Shown here: positions 10,302 through 19,546 of the stretch, piece by piece
Layout of the letters: every line of letters starts with the position of its first letter
Position numbering within the stretch: position 1 is the first letter of the stretch
Source: Candidatus Aquilonibacter sp.
GTDB lineage: Bacteria; Verrucomicrobiota; Verrucomicrobiia; Limisphaerales; UBA11358
Direction: 5' to 3'
Assembly (NCBI GenBank): GCA_035504945.1
Contig: DATJRH010000011.1
Span: 3,448-67,447 of the forward strand
DNA: 64,000 bases
Made by a program: the position numbers and the translations under genes
The notes under the pieces: model-generated
Databases searched by the model: none
Told to the model about the DNA's origin: nothing
The model's input: only the letters and a program-made list of their open reading frames with translations

Positions 10302-10345
10302 TTGTCCGATGGTAGCAGCCGGGGTGAACCGGCTCAAACTTTTCA
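10302..10345 (-). promoter_or_regulatory. sigma70-like promoter abutting the start codon (TTGAGC-N17-TACCAT-N7-ATG) with an internal inverted repeat
   Basis: Minus strand reads GAAAAGTTTGAGCCGGTTCACCCCGGCTGCTACCATCGGACAAATG. A near-identical cassette is found at 20582-20625. AGCCGG/CCGGCT form an inverted repeat in the spacer. Confidence 0.45.
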
Positions 10346-10832
10346 AAATGCAGGCAGTGGCCCGGTTTGAAATTGCGCGATGCTTGTAACTATTCAGTTA
10401 CTGAAACGTCTGATGTATTGGTTGTATTAAGGACAAATGAAAAGTATTATGTTTACATATCCCGGATTCCAGTCCCTGCCCCGGGGCATCAAGCAAATGC
10501 TGGTGACCTCGGAAACCCATTTCTTTGGTGAAGCCGGGCCAAGTGCCGCAAATACAAATAACGCCAGACCGGGAAACGCCGGGCCGGGCAATGCAAAAAT
10601 TGCGCAGTTCCCCGCCGCGACGAGTTTGGGCAGGCCTTGGGAAGCATTAGTCGGGGCATAAAGCACGCGGAGGTTGTTATTTTAATTCAAAATTCTGGAT
10701 TCTTGAGAATCCGCACGTGGGATTTGGCAGACGGCCTATTTTTTACCACCAAGTCACTAAGACTCAAAATAAACTGAAAATCAAAACTTGGCGACTTTGT
10801 GTCTTGGTGGTTTGAAGAACAATTCCCGGCTG

Positions 10833-10928
10833 GGCGAAGACGTTAATTTTCTTACCAAGCCGTTTGAGGCCCACAAGCTCGCGCAAACCGTCAGAAATTG
10901 TTTGGATAGCTCAATGTCCGCAACCTGA
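10833..10928 (+). pseudogene. orphan C-terminal remnant of a response-regulator receiver domain
   Basis: Translates to GEDVNFLTKPFEAHKLAQTVRNCLDSSMSAT*. The FLTKPF...L...V ending is typical of receiver domains. Stops lie upstream in the same frame, and no N-terminal part is present. Confidence 0.4.
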
Positions 10929-11048
10929 GGAAAACGGCATCCACCTTCAACAAATTCCGGCACGGCCAGTCCACCATCGTTCCCGATTCCAAACCCGCCG
11001 TCATTTTATAATTGCAACCTGATTTCGTTGGGGTATAAAAATCAAATT

Positions 11049-12458
11049 ATGAAACCAGTCCCCATCTTGCTGATGACGGCGGTTTTATTGCCGGCGATAC
11101 ATGCCAGTCGGATGACGGCGCAGTCCGTCACCTTCCTTCACAATTTTACCAACAGCCCGGATGGGGCGAATCCGGCTGCGGGCCTACTTCTGGCCGGCGA
11201 CACGCTCTATGGCACCACAATGCATGGCGGCTCCAACGATGTCGGCACCGTCTTTGCCGTCAACACCGATGGCACGGGTTATACGGTGCTACACCAGTTC
11301 ACCGACGAACCGGACGGCTCGCACCCGGCCGCCGGTCTGGTGTTGTCGGGTGACACGCTTTATGGCTCGACGGCCAATGGCGGCACCAACGGCTTCGGCT
11401 GCCTGTTTTCGTTGAACACCAACGGCGATGATTATACCGTGCTATACAACTTCAACGTTTATTCCAACGGCGTTTTGCCTAGTGGGCGCATGGTTCTGGC
11501 GAGCAACACGCTGTATGGCACGGCGGGGGGCAACGGTTATGGCAGCCCCGGCTGGGGCACGGTGTTCTCCATCAACACCAACGGTAGCAATTACACCGCA
11601 CTTTATAATTTCAGCACCCCACATGGCTCACCGCTCACCAACTCGGATGGGGAACAGCCGGACAAAGGTGTGGTGTTATCGGGCGGCACACTCTATGGCG
11701 CGGCCTATGGCGGCGGCCTCTATGGTTATGGCACGGTGTATTCCATGCAGACCAACGGCAGTAATTTTATCGTGCTCCACTACTTCACCAACAATCCCGA
11801 TGGCGCTTATCTGCAAGGCGGCGTCCTCGTGGCTGACGACCGGATTTACGGCACGACGGACATCGGCGGCACCAACGGCAAGGGAACGGTGTTTGCCATG
11901 AATCTGGATGGCACCGGCTATTCCAAGCTGCACGATTTTCTGACCAACGGCGTGGATGGGATAGATCCGTGGGCGGACCTGACCTTGTCGGGCGGCACGC
12001 TCTATGGCACGACCCGGATTGGCGGCACCAGCGGCTATGGCACGATTTTTTCCATCAATACCAATGGCACCGGCTACACGGTCCTTTATGATTTTACCAA
12101 CAGCCCGGATGGGGCGAACCCGGAATCGGACCTGCTGGTTTCCGGAGGCGCGCTTTATGGCACCACGGAAGCCGGCGGCAGTTCCATCTGGGGTACGGTG
12201 TTCAGCGTGCCAATTCCCGTTCTGGAAATTACCGGCCTCACGCTGGCCGAAACCAATCTTGTGCTCAACGCGGCCAACGGCATGGACGGCGGAACCTATG
12301 TAGTGTTGACGAGCACAGATTTGACTTCGTTGTTGAGCCAGTGGACGCCCATGACAACCAACACCCCACTGACTGGTAGCGGCAATTTCACCATCACCGC
12401 CACCAACGCCGTCAATCCTGGCGCGCCCCGGCAGTTTTACCGGCTGCTGGAACAATAA
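11049..12458 (+). CDS. secreted Gloeo_Verruco (GloVer) tandem-repeat protein
   Basis: Signal peptide. About 8 repeats of the form F....DGA.P.AGL.L.G.TLYGTT..GG..G.GTVF..NTDG.GY.VL..F. C-terminal FYR-type module ends in PRQFYRLLEQ. Confidence 0.85.
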   Translation: MKPVPILLMTAVLLPAIHASRMTAQSVTFLHNFTNSPDGANPAAGLLLAGDTLYGTTMHGGSNDVGTVFAVNTDGTGYTVLHQFTDEPDGSHPAAGLVLSGDTLYGSTANGGTNGFGCLFSLNTNGDDYTVLYNFNVYSNGVLPSGRMVLASNTLYGTAGGNGYGSPGWGTVFSINTNGSNYTALYNFSTPHGSPLTNSDGEQPDKGVVLSGGTLYGAAYGGGLYGYGTVYSMQTNGSNFIVLHYFTNNPDGAYLQGGVLVADDRIYGTTDIGGTNGKGTVFAMNLDGTGYSKLHDFLTNGVDGIDPWADLTLSGGTLYGTTRIGGTSGYGTIFSINTNGTGYTVLYDFTNSPDGANPESDLLVSGGALYGTTEAGGSSIWGTVFSVPIPVLEITGLTLAETNLVLNAANGMDGGTYVVLTSTDLTSLLSQWTPMTTNTPLTGSGNFTITATNAVNPGAPRQFYRLLEQ

Positions 12459-12509
12459 TGCAAACCACACCGGCTTCTTCGCCGTCCGGTCCATCAGATC
12501 CCCTGAAAA

Positions 12510-13709
12510 CTATGGCGAAGTTGAAAGACGGAAAAAGCTGTTGCTCGCCGAAACCGGCAGCGAAACTTCATCCTGCAAGTCGGTAAGATTGAGAGCCACC
12601 TGATTCGTGACCGCCATCCACGTGAACAAGTCCGGGCTGCTTTGCAAAATGAAATTGGTTGACGGCACGAACCACGACAGCGCCACATTCCCGTTCGGTG
12701 GTGAGAAGTTGATTTGCGGCGACGGAGTCATTTGCGCCGTCCAAATGCCGCCGCCTCTTGCCACCGCCACGAGTTTGTTTCCATCCGCCGAACAGGCGAC
12801 GGACTGCCACGAATTGGTGATGGGCGCATCCGTCTTGGCCCATGTCGCCCCTGAATTGGTCGAGATATAAATCGGACCTCCGCTGCCCAGACCGGGCGTG
12901 ACTCCAATGAGCAACGTTTTGCCGTCGGCCGATGCAGCCACGGAATTGGGACCGGGCACATTGGTATGCCCCCATGTGGCTCCAGCGTCAGTGGAGAAAT
13001 AAACGCCATCCGCCATGGTATAGCCGGCGGCACAAATCAACGTGGTGCCGTCGGCCGACGAGGCAAAGGTGCGCCATGAATTATTGGCCGGCGAACCGTT
13101 GGTGAACCAGCTCGCGCCGGAATTGGTGGAGAAATTTATCGGGCCGGTCCCGAGTTGAGTTCCGGATGCGAGTCTGGTTCCGTCTGCCGACAGCGTGACC
13201 GGATTCCATGCTTGTTCCGAAGCCACTTTGGCGTTGGTCCAAGTCGCACCGGAATTGGTTGAAAGATACATCGGCCACAGTCCTCCCGGACCATCCACCG
13301 CCGCCAGTTTGGTTCCATCTGCTGATGAGGCGACGCAATTCCAATATAAAGCCGGCGCGTTGGTGGATTGCGTCCAGATGGCTCCTGAATTGGTCGAGGT
13401 GTAAATCGCGCCACCGTTGGCCACCGCCACCAGCATCGTTCCGTCCGCCGATGAAGCGCAGGAGGACCAGTTCGTGTTGACGACGTTGTTTGACACCCAG
13501 GTCGTGCCGCCGTCCGGCGAAGTATAAATGCTTCCCAACGAGTCGGGACCCGATTCGCTCACGGCAACCAGCTTTGAGCCATCAGCCGACAAGGCGACGC
13601 AATTCCAAAGATTGCTTGGCGCGATGGTTGGCATCCATGTCTGGGCAAAGGAACGGAACATGGTAAAACCGCTTAAAACCATTAATAGCAAAACCTTGAC
13701 CGGTCTCAT
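12510..13709 (-). CDS. secreted BNR/Asp-box repeat (sialidase-like beta-propeller) protein
   Basis: Six S-x-D/N-x-G-x-T/S-W boxes (SPDGGTTW, STNSGAIW, STNSGATW, STNSGASW, STDAGATW, STNSGATW). Signal peptide from the ATG at 13709. C-terminal FYR-type module ends in NSFFRLSTSP. Confidence 0.8.
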   Translation of the reverse strand: MRPVKVLLLMVLSGFTMFRSFAQTWMPTIAPSNLWNCVALSADGSKLVAVSESGPDSLGSIYTSPDGGTTWVSNNVVNTNWSSCASSADGTMLVAVANGGAIYTSTNSGAIWTQSTNAPALYWNCVASSADGTKLAAVDGPGGLWPMYLSTNSGATWTNAKVASEQAWNPVTLSADGTRLASGTQLGTGPINFSTNSGASWFTNGSPANNSWRTFASSADGTTLICAAGYTMADGVYFSTDAGATWGHTNVPGPNSVAASADGKTLLIGVTPGLGSGGPIYISTNSGATWAKTDAPITNSWQSVACSADGNKLVAVARGGGIWTAQMTPSPQINFSPPNGNVALSWFVPSTNFILQSSPDLFTWMAVTNQVALNLTDLQDEVSLPVSASNSFFRLSTSP

Positions 13710-13726
13710 TCGCTTTGGATTCTTCC

Positions 13727-13755
13727 TTATATCGCACAACGCAAAATTCTGTCAA
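13727..13755 (-). promoter_or_regulatory. candidate sigma70 promoter of the BNR gene
   Basis: Minus strand reads TTGACA-N17-ATATAA, followed by about 17 nt containing GGAAG before the ATG at 13709. Confidence 0.45.
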
Positions 13756-13936
13756 CAGATTTTGAGGTCACAAATGTGCTGCCGTCCGCGCCCGCCTATA
13801 GCATTTCAGTTTTGCCTTGGTGGCAATGAATAAACCCGCGACAATTGCCTTAAGGCCAAGCGATTGAATTATTCCAAATTAGGACACTACCAAAAATTCC
13901 ATCGCCCGCGCCGGGGTGCCCTGATATTCCTAATCT

Positions 13937-14764
13937 ATGGCCATGCGCAAACCGGTTCACGTCTCATGTGCGGCGTTCACGCTGATTGAACTGCTGGTGG
14001 TCATCGCCATCATCGCGGTCCTGGCGGCGCTGCTTCTGCCCGCGTTGAACCGCGCCCAAAGCCGCGCGCAAACCATCGCCTGCTCGAACAACCTCAAACA
14101 ACTCCAGCTCTGCGCCCATCTTTATTCCGGTGACAACAACGATTTTTTGCCGCCGAATGATTTTGTTTATGACAACAGCACCGGCCAGCCCTTTCCCGGC
14201 AACACCGGCCCGTCTTGGTGCACCAACGTTGCGCCCTTCGATACCAATGCGGCTGGCATCCAAAACGGCCTGCTCTACCGTTACAACACCTCGCCCGCCA
14301 TCTATCATTGCCCCGCCGACCATTCCAACGTCGAGACTCCTGACGGTGGCACGCTGCCGCAAATCCGCCTGCGCAGCTACAACATGAGCCAGTCCGTCAA
14401 TGGCATAGATTACGTCGGCGACGCCGCGCAATACTTTCCACATTTCTTGAAAACCTCCGCCATCCAGAATCCCTCGCCGTCCAGTTTGCTGGTTTTCATT
14501 GACGAGCACGAGGACACCATTCTGGACACCCAATTCGGCATCCCCACGGCGGCCAGCCCGGATGGCGCCGGTTATTGGTGGGACATGCCGACGAGCCGGC
14601 ACGACCAAGGATGCAATTTTTCCTTTGCAGACGGCCACGTTGAACATTGGCGCTGGGACGTGCCCAAGGTCGCAGACGCGGTGCGCGCCGAGAGCCAGCC
14701 TGTGGGCGAGGGCGAAGAAAACGATTACCAACGCATGGAAGCTGGCTTTCTCCAGAATTTTTGA
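13937..14764 (+). CDS. prepilin-type N-terminal cleavage/methylation domain protein with C-terminal H-X9-DG motif (DUF1559-like)
   Basis: [25 protein letters not shown] is a pilin-like N-terminus. [14 protein letters not shown] fits H-X9-DG exactly. Confidence 0.85.
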   Translation: MAMRKPVHVSCAAFTLIELLVVIAIIAVLAALLLPALNRAQSRAQTIACSNNLKQLQLCAHLYSGDNNDFLPPNDFVYDNSTGQPFPGNTGPSWCTNVAPFDTNAAGIQNGLLYRYNTSPAIYHCPADHSNVETPDGGTLPQIRLRSYNMSQSVNGIDYVGDAAQYFPHFLKTSAIQNPSPSSLLVFIDEHEDTILDTQFGIPTAASPDGAGYWWDMPTSRHDQGCNFSFADGHVEHWRWDVPKVADAVRAESQPVGEGEENDYQRMEAGFLQNF

Positions 14765-14765
14765 C

Positions 14766-14885
14766 CGTCCTCACCCCGGCCCTCTCCTCGCCATCCTTCG
14801 CTCGCGGGAGCGGGAGAAGGCGGTCACGCAATGCGAGACCGGATGAGGGTTGTTGGGTCAAAAACAAATTTCAACGAGGAGCGGG
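14766..14885. repeat. partial copy of the mosaic REP-like intergenic repeat family
   Basis: 14769-14787 CCTCACCCCGGCCCTCTCC is the exact reverse complement of 47205-47223. It also shares GGGAGCGGGAGA, GACCGGATGAGGG, CAAAAACAAAT and AACGAGGAG blocks with the reverse complement of 48735-48900. Confidence 0.6.
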
Positions 14886-15084
14886 AAAAACGTTTGTGCC
14901 GCTTTCAATTATTTTCTAGCACCCGACGTGAGGAGGCTTATTCTGGCAAATCCGCCATGCGCAACGAAATCGTCCTGCTAAATTTTTCCCCACCGGGTTG
15001 ATGAGGAAAGCGTCGATTCTCCGCGTTCCAAATATCACCGCATATTGTAATGGCAAATGTGGTCTGCTGGATTAGACTCGGTTC

Positions 15085-15600
15085 ATGGCACAGATGTCCA
15101 ACCGTGGACAACAACTTTTCGCACAGCTTTTTTGTTTGTTCTTCATTGTCGCCGGCGTCATCGCCTTGGGCGCATGCGTTTGGATCACGATCAAAAGCAT
15201 CCGCGCGGAACATTGGCCGGTGACAGACGGCATCGTTCAAACTGCGGAAATGAAGTCCAATATTGACAATCATGGCCACACGACGCATTCGGCGGACGTC
15301 ACTTACAGTTACCAGGTGGCGGGCACGAGTTACACGGGCGACAAGGTCTCCACCGGCGAGATGTCGTCGTCAGTGGCATACGCGCAGGGAATCCTCAACC
15401 GCTATCCCGTGGGCAAAACAGTCACCGTGCATTACGCGCCGGACGACCCGTCGGATGCGGTGTTGGAAACGGGCATCCACGGCGGCACCTGGATTTGCCT
15501 AGGCGTGGGAACAGTGTTCGCATTGGTCGGCATCCTGTTCCTGAAAATCATCAGGGCCGCAATCCGGGCGGAAATGCCGGATGCACCACGTGGCCAATGA
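15085..15600 (+). CDS. DUF3592-like membrane protein
   Basis: N-terminal TM helix, then WPVTDGIV ... YSYQVAGTSYTG ... VHYAPDDPSDAVL, then a C-terminal TM helix. TAGACT-N6-ATG lies upstream. Confidence 0.65.
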   Translation: MAQMSNRGQQLFAQLFCLFFIVAGVIALGACVWITIKSIRAEHWPVTDGIVQTAEMKSNIDNHGHTTHSADVTYSYQVAGTSYTGDKVSTGEMSSSVAYAQGILNRYPVGKTVTVHYAPDDPSDAVLETGIHGGTWICLGVGTVFALVGILFLKIIRAAIRAEMPDAPRGQ

Positions 15601-15945
15601 AGGCTGTGAACGCGAACCACGCCAAACACGCGAAATGAATTGCCGCTAAAGAACGCAACGAACGCAAAAGCTTTGTCCGCAGATTACGCGGATTACGCAG
15701 ATGGCCAAGGAAAAGCCCCATCGGAGCGGAAGATAATAGCCCAGGGTAAGGACGCGACAGCGGACGCAACCCTGGGTTCGCGTCCCACAAAACATTCCCC
15801 CTCAGCCCCCGGAGGGAGGGGAGAGGGTCAGGGTGAGGTATGGGCGATTTGCGAATCCCAGGCCGGATGAGGTGAACCGCGAAATACGCTTTCAACGCAA
15901 AAGACTTTGACACAAATTACACTAATTGACGCCAATTCAAATACG
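15601..15945 (+). repeat. mosaic REP-like repeat, copy C1 (short tandem repeats, core, GGTGAGG end, second short-repeat block)
   Basis: Contains 9-bp tandems (GATTACGCG GATTACGCA), ATAATAGCCCAGGGTAAGG, GTCCCACAAAACATTCCCCCTC and GAGGGTCAGGGTGAGGT (15823-15839). It is homologous by eye to 47036-47235, and in reverse to 17995-18200 and 48735-48998. Confidence 0.7.
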
Positions 15946-15994
15946 GGAAGGTCAGTCCCTTCGCTGCGGACGTTGTTGAGCACGCGGATGTTTT

Positions 15995-16975
15995 TCATTT
16001 TCGTTTTCCTGTGCGACTGACTTTATATGCAGGCGATTTTTCGGCCAGCACAAACGCAGTTTGATTTTCTGACTCGTATTCCACGTTCCCATTCAATTCG
16101 ATTTCGATTTCCTGCCCGTTAAAACAGGGATAAAGCGCGGCGAGCCGGGGAACCGCCTTTTGGGCGAGTTGAAAATATTCCGCATCCAATTCGAGTCCAA
16201 TGGAATTGTAACCAATCGCCTCGGCAGCGGCGATGGTCGAACCGGAACCCATGAATGGATCGAGAATCGTTCCTTCACCGAGCGGCAACAAGGCGCGCAC
16301 GATGAGGCGCATGAAATGTTGCGGCTTGAGGCAGGGATGATTGGAAATGGCTTCTTCGCGTTTCGGAGTTCGTCCGCTGGGAATCGCATCGGGCAACGGC
16401 TTGTCGAGTGAAAGACGGCGTAGCCCGCCGGTTGTCCATTTCCGCAGATTTTCGGCGACCGTTTTTGTTTCAATCGGCTTTCGAAAAAGCATCCACGGCT
16501 CGTAAGCACCTTTTGGGCTGACGCAAACTTCGGGAAATTCCGTCTCGGCATTTTTCGGGCGGTCGCCGCCGCGAAAGCTGTAATAAAGCCGCATGATGGC
16601 CGGGCGCACTTCAAACCCGGCTTCGGTCATCGCGCCTTGCACATGATGTTGAAGGATTGGGTGTCCAGCCACGCAGACATGAGCGCCGGGAACGAGCGCG
16701 TTCAAAAGCAGCTTTCCCCAATCGCGAAAATAATCACGCAAGTGTTGTTTCTGTTCGTCGGTAAGAATGGTAAATCGCGGAAGCGGATCACGATGACTGC
16801 CTCCGACTTTGGGCGGCAGGCGCCAGACGCCGCCACGTCCGATGCGAAGTTTCGCCAGTTCCTTTTCGGTAAATTCCAAGATGCCGTAGGGAGGATCGGT
16901 GCAAACGGCGTGAATCGAGCGCGCGGGGCATTGTCGCAGCCAGTCGAAGCAGTCGGTTTGTTCCAAATGAAACAT
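15995..16975 (-). CDS. DNA methyltransferase, beta class (N6-adenine or N4-cytosine)
   Basis: N-terminal VCTDPPYG (motif IV) and C-terminal ILDPFMGSGSTIAAAEAIG (motif I). Divergently paired with a nuclease gene. Confidence 0.85.
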   Translation of the reverse strand: MFHLEQTDCFDWLRQCPARSIHAVCTDPPYGILEFTEKELAKLRIGRGGVWRLPPKVGGSHRDPLPRFTILTDEQKQHLRDYFRDWGKLLLNALVPGAHVCVAGHPILQHHVQGAMTEAGFEVRPAIMRLYYSFRGGDRPKNAETEFPEVCVSPKGAYEPWMLFRKPIETKTVAENLRKWTTGGLRRLSLDKPLPDAIPSGRTPKREEAISNHPCLKPQHFMRLIVRALLPLGEGTILDPFMGSGSTIAAAEAIGYNSIGLELDAEYFQLAQKAVPRLAALYPCFNGQEIEIELNGNVEYESENQTAFVLAEKSPAYKVSRTGKRK

Positions 16976-17039
16976 GATTCAAATTTCAACTATAGGCGAA
17001 AGACAATCAAGCTCAAATCCTGTATCAACTAAAAGCGAA

Positions 17040-17924
17040 ATGGACACCAAAACTGTTTTGGGCCGCTTTGTTCGCGAACTGCGCGAACAGGCGAAGCTTA
17101 CACAAGACCAGTTGGCGCGTAAAACAGGAATCACCTATCAGTATCTTTCCAGCCTGGAAAACGGCCGGGAGAATTTTTCCATTGAGGTTTTGGATGCACT
17201 GGGAAAAGCGCTGGATACGCCGGTGCAGCAACTTGTGGCCGGAGCATTTGCCGAAAAAGATGTCACCCCGATTCCGACGGTTAATAAAGAATATTTTCAC
17301 CCGAAAGTTCCGCTGCCGCCGGGATTAAAGATTTCCCACCTCGAAGCGGCGATGAATGAATCGCAACGGATTGTGGCGGTCATCAACAGCAATTTGCGGG
17401 CGCATGGCGGAAGGCCGCTGTTCGATTACATCCAGGGAAACAATTTCAGCGGCCTCATTTCAAATATTTTATGCGATGCGATCAGTGAACATTCCCCTTA
17501 CAAGCACAATTCACATCAGGCATATCCCGATTTGATTAACCCAAAGGTCTTGGAGGACGGAAAACCGGCGGGCTTGGAGATTAAATCCACAATTCAAATC
17601 GGCAAGGGCGGAGAAAGCCACAATGGTCACTCCGGCTGGCATCTGGTTGCTTGTTATCGAATTGACCGTGAAAGCTGCCAGATCAAATTCGTTCACATTA
17701 TGATTGCAGTCTTGAATGGGCACACACATTCGCAGCCGGATTGGACTTACGTTGGCAGCAAAGTTAATGCGGTTACAGGCAGTCGGCGCACGGAAACTTA
17801 CAACACGACTTTGATTGGAACGACCAAATTGCGCGACGGTTCTATTTATCTTGATCCGGCAGTGGTTAATTTTAAGCGATGGCGCGTCAAACGGATTGGA
17901 GACAAGCCACCTCATGCGCTTTGA
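17040..17924 (+). CDS. putative type II restriction endonuclease with an N-terminal XRE-type HTH domain
   Basis: LTQDQLARKTGITYQYLSSLENGRENFS is an XRE-type HTH. The C-terminal half has a PD...E-x-K arrangement (AYPDLINP ... GLEIKST). It is visibly AT-richer than its surroundings. ATG 17040 is preferred, because the track start at 16974 would overlap the methyltransferase ATG. Confidence 0.6.
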   Translation: MDTKTVLGRFVRELREQAKLTQDQLARKTGITYQYLSSLENGRENFSIEVLDALGKALDTPVQQLVAGAFAEKDVTPIPTVNKEYFHPKVPLPPGLKISHLEAAMNESQRIVAVINSNLRAHGGRPLFDYIQGNNFSGLISNILCDAISEHSPYKHNSHQAYPDLINPKVLEDGKPAGLEIKSTIQIGKGGESHNGHSGWHLVACYRIDRESCQIKFVHIMIAVLNGHTHSQPDWTYVGSKVNAVTGSRRTETYNTTLIGTTKLRDGSIYLDPAVVNFKRWRVKRIGDKPPHAL

Positions 17925-17994
17925 AACCAGTTCGCGTTACAGGCGCGGCATGGATTGCTGATGCTTGGATGAATCCGGTCAAATCCCACGGAGG

Positions 17995-18200
17995 GACATG
18001 AAACAGATTCACCTCACCCTGACCCTCCATTGCTCGCCGACTCGCAACGCGGAGAGGGGATGAACTGCGATGTCCAGCGCGGGTTTGAACCAGCCCGGGT
18101 CGTCCAGACTGGCAGCCGTCAGGTGATGATGCCGCGTTCGGGATTTTCCGCGCCGCAGTGTGCGCCGGAAATCTGTGTTCATCTGTGTGAATCTGTGGCA
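17995..18200 (-). repeat. mosaic REP-like repeat, copy C2 (inverted relative to C1)
   Basis: 18011-18027 is the exact reverse complement of 15823-15839 (17 nt). Three decamers lie at the outer end: AATCTGTGTT CATCTGTGTG AATCTGTGGC (18170-18199). Confidence 0.65.
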
Positions 18201-18313
18201 AAAATTTAATGCCCGCCGTGTCCGCCGCCGTGATGGATGCCCAAATTCCAGCATGATCCCGATTCGTGTAACCTTGAAAATTAAAATGCGTCTGAATCCG
18301 CACGATAACTTCC

Positions 18314-19090
18314 ATGACCTCACGAATCCTGATTCTGCTCGCCACTGTCGCCGCCGCTGTCGGCCATCCAACACGCGCCGCGGCCGCGGATGCCGAAAAA
18401 CCGCAGTATTACGAAGTGCGGATTTATGCCACCCAATCAGCCGGGCAGCAGCAGCAGGTCAACGACTATTGGCAAAACGCGGCCATTCCCGCCTACAACC
18501 GCATGGGCATCCAGCCGGTCGGGGTCTTCACCGAGTTGCAGGATTCCCCGACCAACAACATTTATGTGCTCATCCCGTTCGACTCGCTGGAAGACTTCGC
18601 CGCCATCCCGGCCAGGCTCGCCGCCGACGCCGTCTACCAGAAGGCCGCCGCCGGATTTTTGAACGCGCCGAAATCAAATCCGGCGTTCGTCCGTTTTGAA
18701 AGTTCCCTGCTCGTCGCTTTCGACGGCATGAAGCGGATGTCCTTGCCGCCGGCGGACAAGAAGCCGGATGTCTTTGAACTGCGCACTTATTTGAGTTCCA
18801 GCGAGGGCAAGGACTTGAATAAAATCAAGATGTTCGAGAGTGGTGAAATCCCGTTGATGAAGGAAGTCGGGCTGGCCCCGATCTTTTACGGGCGGACGAT
18901 TGCCGGGCTGAACATGCCCTGCCTGGTCTACATGACCTGCGGCGTAAGCCTGGACGCGCACAAGCAACACTGGAAGGCATTCAACGCGTCCCCCGTCTGG
19001 AAACAGTTGAAGGCCGATCCGCAATACAAGGACAACGTGTCCCGCGTCATCAGCATCATGCTCAAGCGAACCGCCGCCTCGCAAATCTGA
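18314..19090 (+). CDS. NIPSNAP-family protein (two NIPSNAP-like halves) with signal peptide
   Basis: Repeated halves begin YYEVRIY and VFELRTY. N-terminal MTSRILILLATVAAAVG...AAAAD. Confidence 0.65.
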   Translation: MTSRILILLATVAAAVGHPTRAAAADAEKPQYYEVRIYATQSAGQQQQVNDYWQNAAIPAYNRMGIQPVGVFTELQDSPTNNIYVLIPFDSLEDFAAIPARLAADAVYQKAAAGFLNAPKSNPAFVRFESSLLVAFDGMKRMSLPPADKKPDVFELRTYLSSSEGKDLNKIKMFESGEIPLMKEVGLAPIFYGRTIAGLNMPCLVYMTCGVSLDAHKQHWKAFNASPVWKQLKADPQYKDNVSRVISIMLKRTAASQI

Positions 19091-19546
19091 AAGCTGCCTG
19101 TGTTGAGTCCGTCGCGTCTTCAGGGTAATTGAATTCACGTTGATTCCTGCCGTGCCAAAAACATTTTCGGCAGGGCGCGTCACTCCGTGCGCGCCGCCTT
19201 TGGTATTTGAAGGAGCGGCGGCAGTTCGTGAAATTCGTGTCCAACCCGCTTCCCTGTCTCTTTTTGACCATCCACAACGGCCCCCGAACGGTCAAAACCG
19301 ATTTTTTTTGAAGTTTTTTGCGGTTTTTTGGCCGTCCGACGCTGTTCCCGGCCAATTTGACGCCTTTCCCGCCTCGTCCGACGACGTTCCCGGTTGCTCC
19401 GCCGGCTCTCCCGCGCGGAATGATTTTGGCTCCGACCCGGACAGGACGTGGCGCAGACCTTTCGGTCTGCGGGTGGGCGGGACATTCCTGTCCGCGGAAT
19501 CTAGCAACTGGAAAGCTGCCTCAACCCGCAGGCTCGAAAACCTGCG

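Noticed and set aside
15551-15913. 120-aa minus-strand ORF, and ORFs 15640..15870, 17887..18345, 18009..18374, 47127..47681 and 48701..48907
   Set aside because: They are translations of the mosaic REP-like repeats, giving peptides such as ADYADYADG, FTQMNTDF and PSPRPALREGEGRGED. They recur only because the DNA repeat recurs.
16974-17039. Track start (16974) of the HTH-nuclease ORF
   Set aside because: It would overlap the divergent methyltransferase ATG by 2 nt and leave no promoter space. The XRE domain begins right after the ATG at 17040.
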